Origin: Candidatus Bathyarchaeota archaeon
GTDB taxonomy: Archaea > Thermoproteota > Bathyarchaeia > Bathyarchaeales > Bathycorpusculaceae
Direction of reading: 5' to 3'
NCBI GenBank assembly: GCA_963739305.1
Contig: CAVTZU010000011.1
Location: 92,152 to 156,151 of the forward strand
Length of the DNA: 64,000 nt
The notes under the pieces were generated by a model, which was not told the DNA's origin, did not search any database, and was given only the letters and a program-made list of their open reading frames with translations. The stretch's first letter is position 1. Each line of letters begins with the position of its first letter. The translations under genes and the position numbers were made by a program. Shown here one piece after another: positions 61,950-64,000 of the stretch.

Positions 61950-62807
61950 CTAAAGATAGCCAATCGCCCAACTTCCTATGCCGAGAAACACTAGCCAGAA
62001 GAACTGCTCTAAATCGCATATGATAAAATAGACCCATCCCGGTGCGTCCTCCCGGACGAGACTAATCATGAAGAACTGGTAGATAAATGCCGGGACGAAG
62101 ACGACTCCTAGAAACGGCAGAAGACCAAGATAAATGAACAGTAGGATAAGGACAGTTGCCACAGCGTTCAGGATGTGTAGCACAAGCTTGCTGCCATCTT
62201 CGCCCATTACGACTGGAAGTGTTCGGACGCCTGTATTCTTGTCGGAACTGATGTCCTTGAAATCGTAGGCCACCGCCATCACGAACAGCTTCATTAGAAG
62301 CGGTACCAGAAAGAGCCACGTTCCAGTGCTCATCGGGTGGCTAAGGTAGAACGAGGTCACGAGCAACAGGAACGCCCAGCCGGATGCGATGCAAATATTC
62401 TTGATAATGAAGCGTTGTTTGAGGTTGGGCCTTCGACCCCTAAGCACTTTCTTGGGCAAGTTCCCAGAATAGAACATCACCGCCAATGGCGCGATGGGAA
62501 TTAGTGCAACGACCCAACCTGAAGTCGCAGCGAGAAGAAGCGAGCCAAAAAAAGCCAGCACAGTTGACACGGCGAAGGGCCACTTGTTTTGCTGCAGGAA
62601 ACGCGTCCTTTCGGGATGCGAGAGTCGGTCTTCCTCCAGACTCACTAGTCTGTCCATGCCGTATACGGCATAGGTAAGGAGGAAGACGACGAGGAAATAG
62701 GTCGGGGACAGGACTCCGAAGAATAGGATGGAAAAGAACAGCGCCATAGAAGCGGCGCTGAGGGAAAGAAGGACCAGCCCGGTATTGAAAAAGGCACTGA
62801 CGTTCAT
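61950..62807 (-). CDS. UbiA-family prenyltransferase (not DGGGPS type)
   Basis: Polytopic; YGMDRLVSLEED...HPER, IKN, YDFKDISSDKNTGVRTLPV. Confidence 0.88.
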   Translation of the reverse strand: MNVSAFFNTGLVLLSLSAASMALFFSILFFGVLSPTYFLVVFLLTYAVYGMDRLVSLEEDRLSHPERTRFLQQNKWPFAVSTVLAFFGSLLLAATSGWVVALIPIAPLAVMFYSGNLPKKVLRGRRPNLKQRFIIKNICIASGWAFLLLVTSFYLSHPMSTGTWLFLVPLLMKLFVMAVAYDFKDISSDKNTGVRTLPVVMGEDGSKLVLHILNAVATVLILLFIYLGLLPFLGVVFVPAFIYQFFMISLVREDAPGWVYFIICDLEQFFWLVFLGIGSWAIGYL

Positions 62808-63066
62808 GGGATTCGGTTCCTGCCTGTCTAGTTGGAATTTGCATGATCAAGATGAGACTGCCGTTCTGTTATTTTCCCGAAATACCTCACCTTCTTTTCC
62901 ATTACCCAGAATCGGTTGATACCGAATCGGGCGCCGAGACATAGGATTCTGGTAACCACGCGACACGGCAGTTTGGATGATTTGCCCTGCCTATTGAATC
63001 ATGATTTAAACTCGTTTTTATATAAGTTTCTAACAAGTCAGAAACAAAATCGAGTAGACTAAGAAA

Positions 63067-63210
63067 ATGGAACGGGCCACCTTAATCAGGCTTGACTGGC
63101 CAAAGAATAAGATCTCATTTGAGTTCGACATAGACACTTGTCCTTCGGAAGATTTAGAATGGCGTGCTTCAACTAAGACACCAGAATGCGGTCAATGGAT
63201 AAGGGATTGA
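63067..63210 (+). CDS. Possible 47-aa small protein
   Basis: MERATLIRLDWPKNKISFEFDIDTCPSEDLEWRASTKTPECGQWIRD; lies downstream of a TATA box at about 63017 and ends 2 bp before the GT2 ATG. Confidence 0.4.
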   Translation: MERATLIRLDWPKNKISFEFDIDTCPSEDLEWRASTKTPECGQWIRD

Positions 63211-63212
63211 CA

Positions 63213-63947
63213 ATGATAAAGCCTGTTGACGTTGTCATACTCACAAAGAATAGTGAGAGGATGTTGAGGAAGTGTATTGATTCTGTCTACGAAAACGTGC
63301 CCGTCAACAGGCTGATTGTTGTTGATGGCTACTCCACTGACGGAACTATTCAGATAGTGAAGGAATGTCAGGAAAGGCATAGAAACGTTATCTTCGTTCA
63401 AGACGGAGGAACCAGGGGCAGTGCTCGACAGGCAGGAATCAACAAGGTGAAAAGTGACTGGTTCATGTTTGTCGACAGTGACGTCGTTCTTTCTAAGAAC
63501 TGGTTTGACAAAGCGGAAAAACTGATAAGAGATGACGTAGGCGCGATTTGGGGAATGGAAATCTGGTCCGCGCTGAGAAAAGCGAAGGTCCTGAAGCTGT
63601 ATGAAAGGGCTTCGTTAAAGATATTTGAAAAGAGAGGCGGAATGCACGACTTGCTGATACGACGCAGGGCTATTGAAGGCATCAAAGTGCCCTGTCAGTT
63701 GCACACTTATGAGGATGCATACATCAAATCATGGATCTGTGGAAAAGGTTACAAGGTAATCGGGGTCTATGAGCCATACTGCCTTCATTTTCGCTCGAAC
63801 ACTGTCTGGACCATTAGACACTTCAGTTTCATGGGTGACGACCTCAAGTACACCGCTCGCCACCCTTCGCTTCTCCTCCCATACATGTTTCACACTATCA
63901 TCGAGGTTTATCAAACCGCACTATACAAATGCAAACTGACCAAATGA
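63213..63947 (+). CDS. GT2 family glycosyltransferase
   Basis: VVILTKN, VVDGYSTDGT, FVDSD (DxD), YED. Confidence 0.92.
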   Translation: MIKPVDVVILTKNSERMLRKCIDSVYENVPVNRLIVVDGYSTDGTIQIVKECQERHRNVIFVQDGGTRGSARQAGINKVKSDWFMFVDSDVVLSKNWFDKAEKLIRDDVGAIWGMEIWSALRKAKVLKLYERASLKIFEKRGGMHDLLIRRRAIEGIKVPCQLHTYEDAYIKSWICGKGYKVIGVYEPYCLHFRSNTVWTIRHFSFMGDDLKYTARHPSLLLPYMFHTIIEVYQTALYKCKLTK

Positions 63948-64000
63948 ACCGGATCAGACGATACGAACGGCATTCTCGCTAACAACGCGCGAACGTGACG

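Noticed and set aside
62950-62990. c-di-GMP-I (GEMM) riboswitch resemblance (CAGGGCAAA...CAAA...GGTTACC on the minus strand)
   Set aside because: The GNRA-capped P2 hairpin and P3 cannot be formed; only scattered words match. Kept only as an unnamed structured leader.

Overview
Archaeal chromosome segment, most consistent with Bathyarchaeia. This rests on the TACK-type ribosomal cluster, archaeal GlyRS/EndA/DGGGP synthase, a cohesin-domain protein and a complex-I-like group 4 [NiFe] hydrogenase. From left to right: (1) an energy island with a membrane pyrophosphatase, a divergently split NuoA-N-like hydrogenase, HypE, a P2-type ATPase, SatP and Acs; (2) metal transport genes and AsnRS; (3) a beta-propeller gene, a membrane-anchored wHTH regulator and a CpG-poor insert; (4) lipid and sugar genes and tRNA-related housekeeping; (5) a cohesin-presenilin fusion; (6) the conserved P1-L10-L1-L11-Spt5-SecE ... 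FtsY-Rpp21 cluster; (7) an accessory right end starting at a tRNA 3' remnant, with a UbiA and UgtP-like glycosyltransferase pair behind a structured leader. Several genes carry single-base frameshifts, probably assembly errors. The most unexplained signal is a 32-bp intergenic motif present twice in inverted orientation (34825-34856 and 57618-57649, 30/32 identical). Each copy sits at the edge of a 1-2 kb one-sided strand-composition skew patch that ignores gene direction. No CRISPR array, rRNA or complete tRNA was found. All calls come from reading motifs by eye; no database searches were run.
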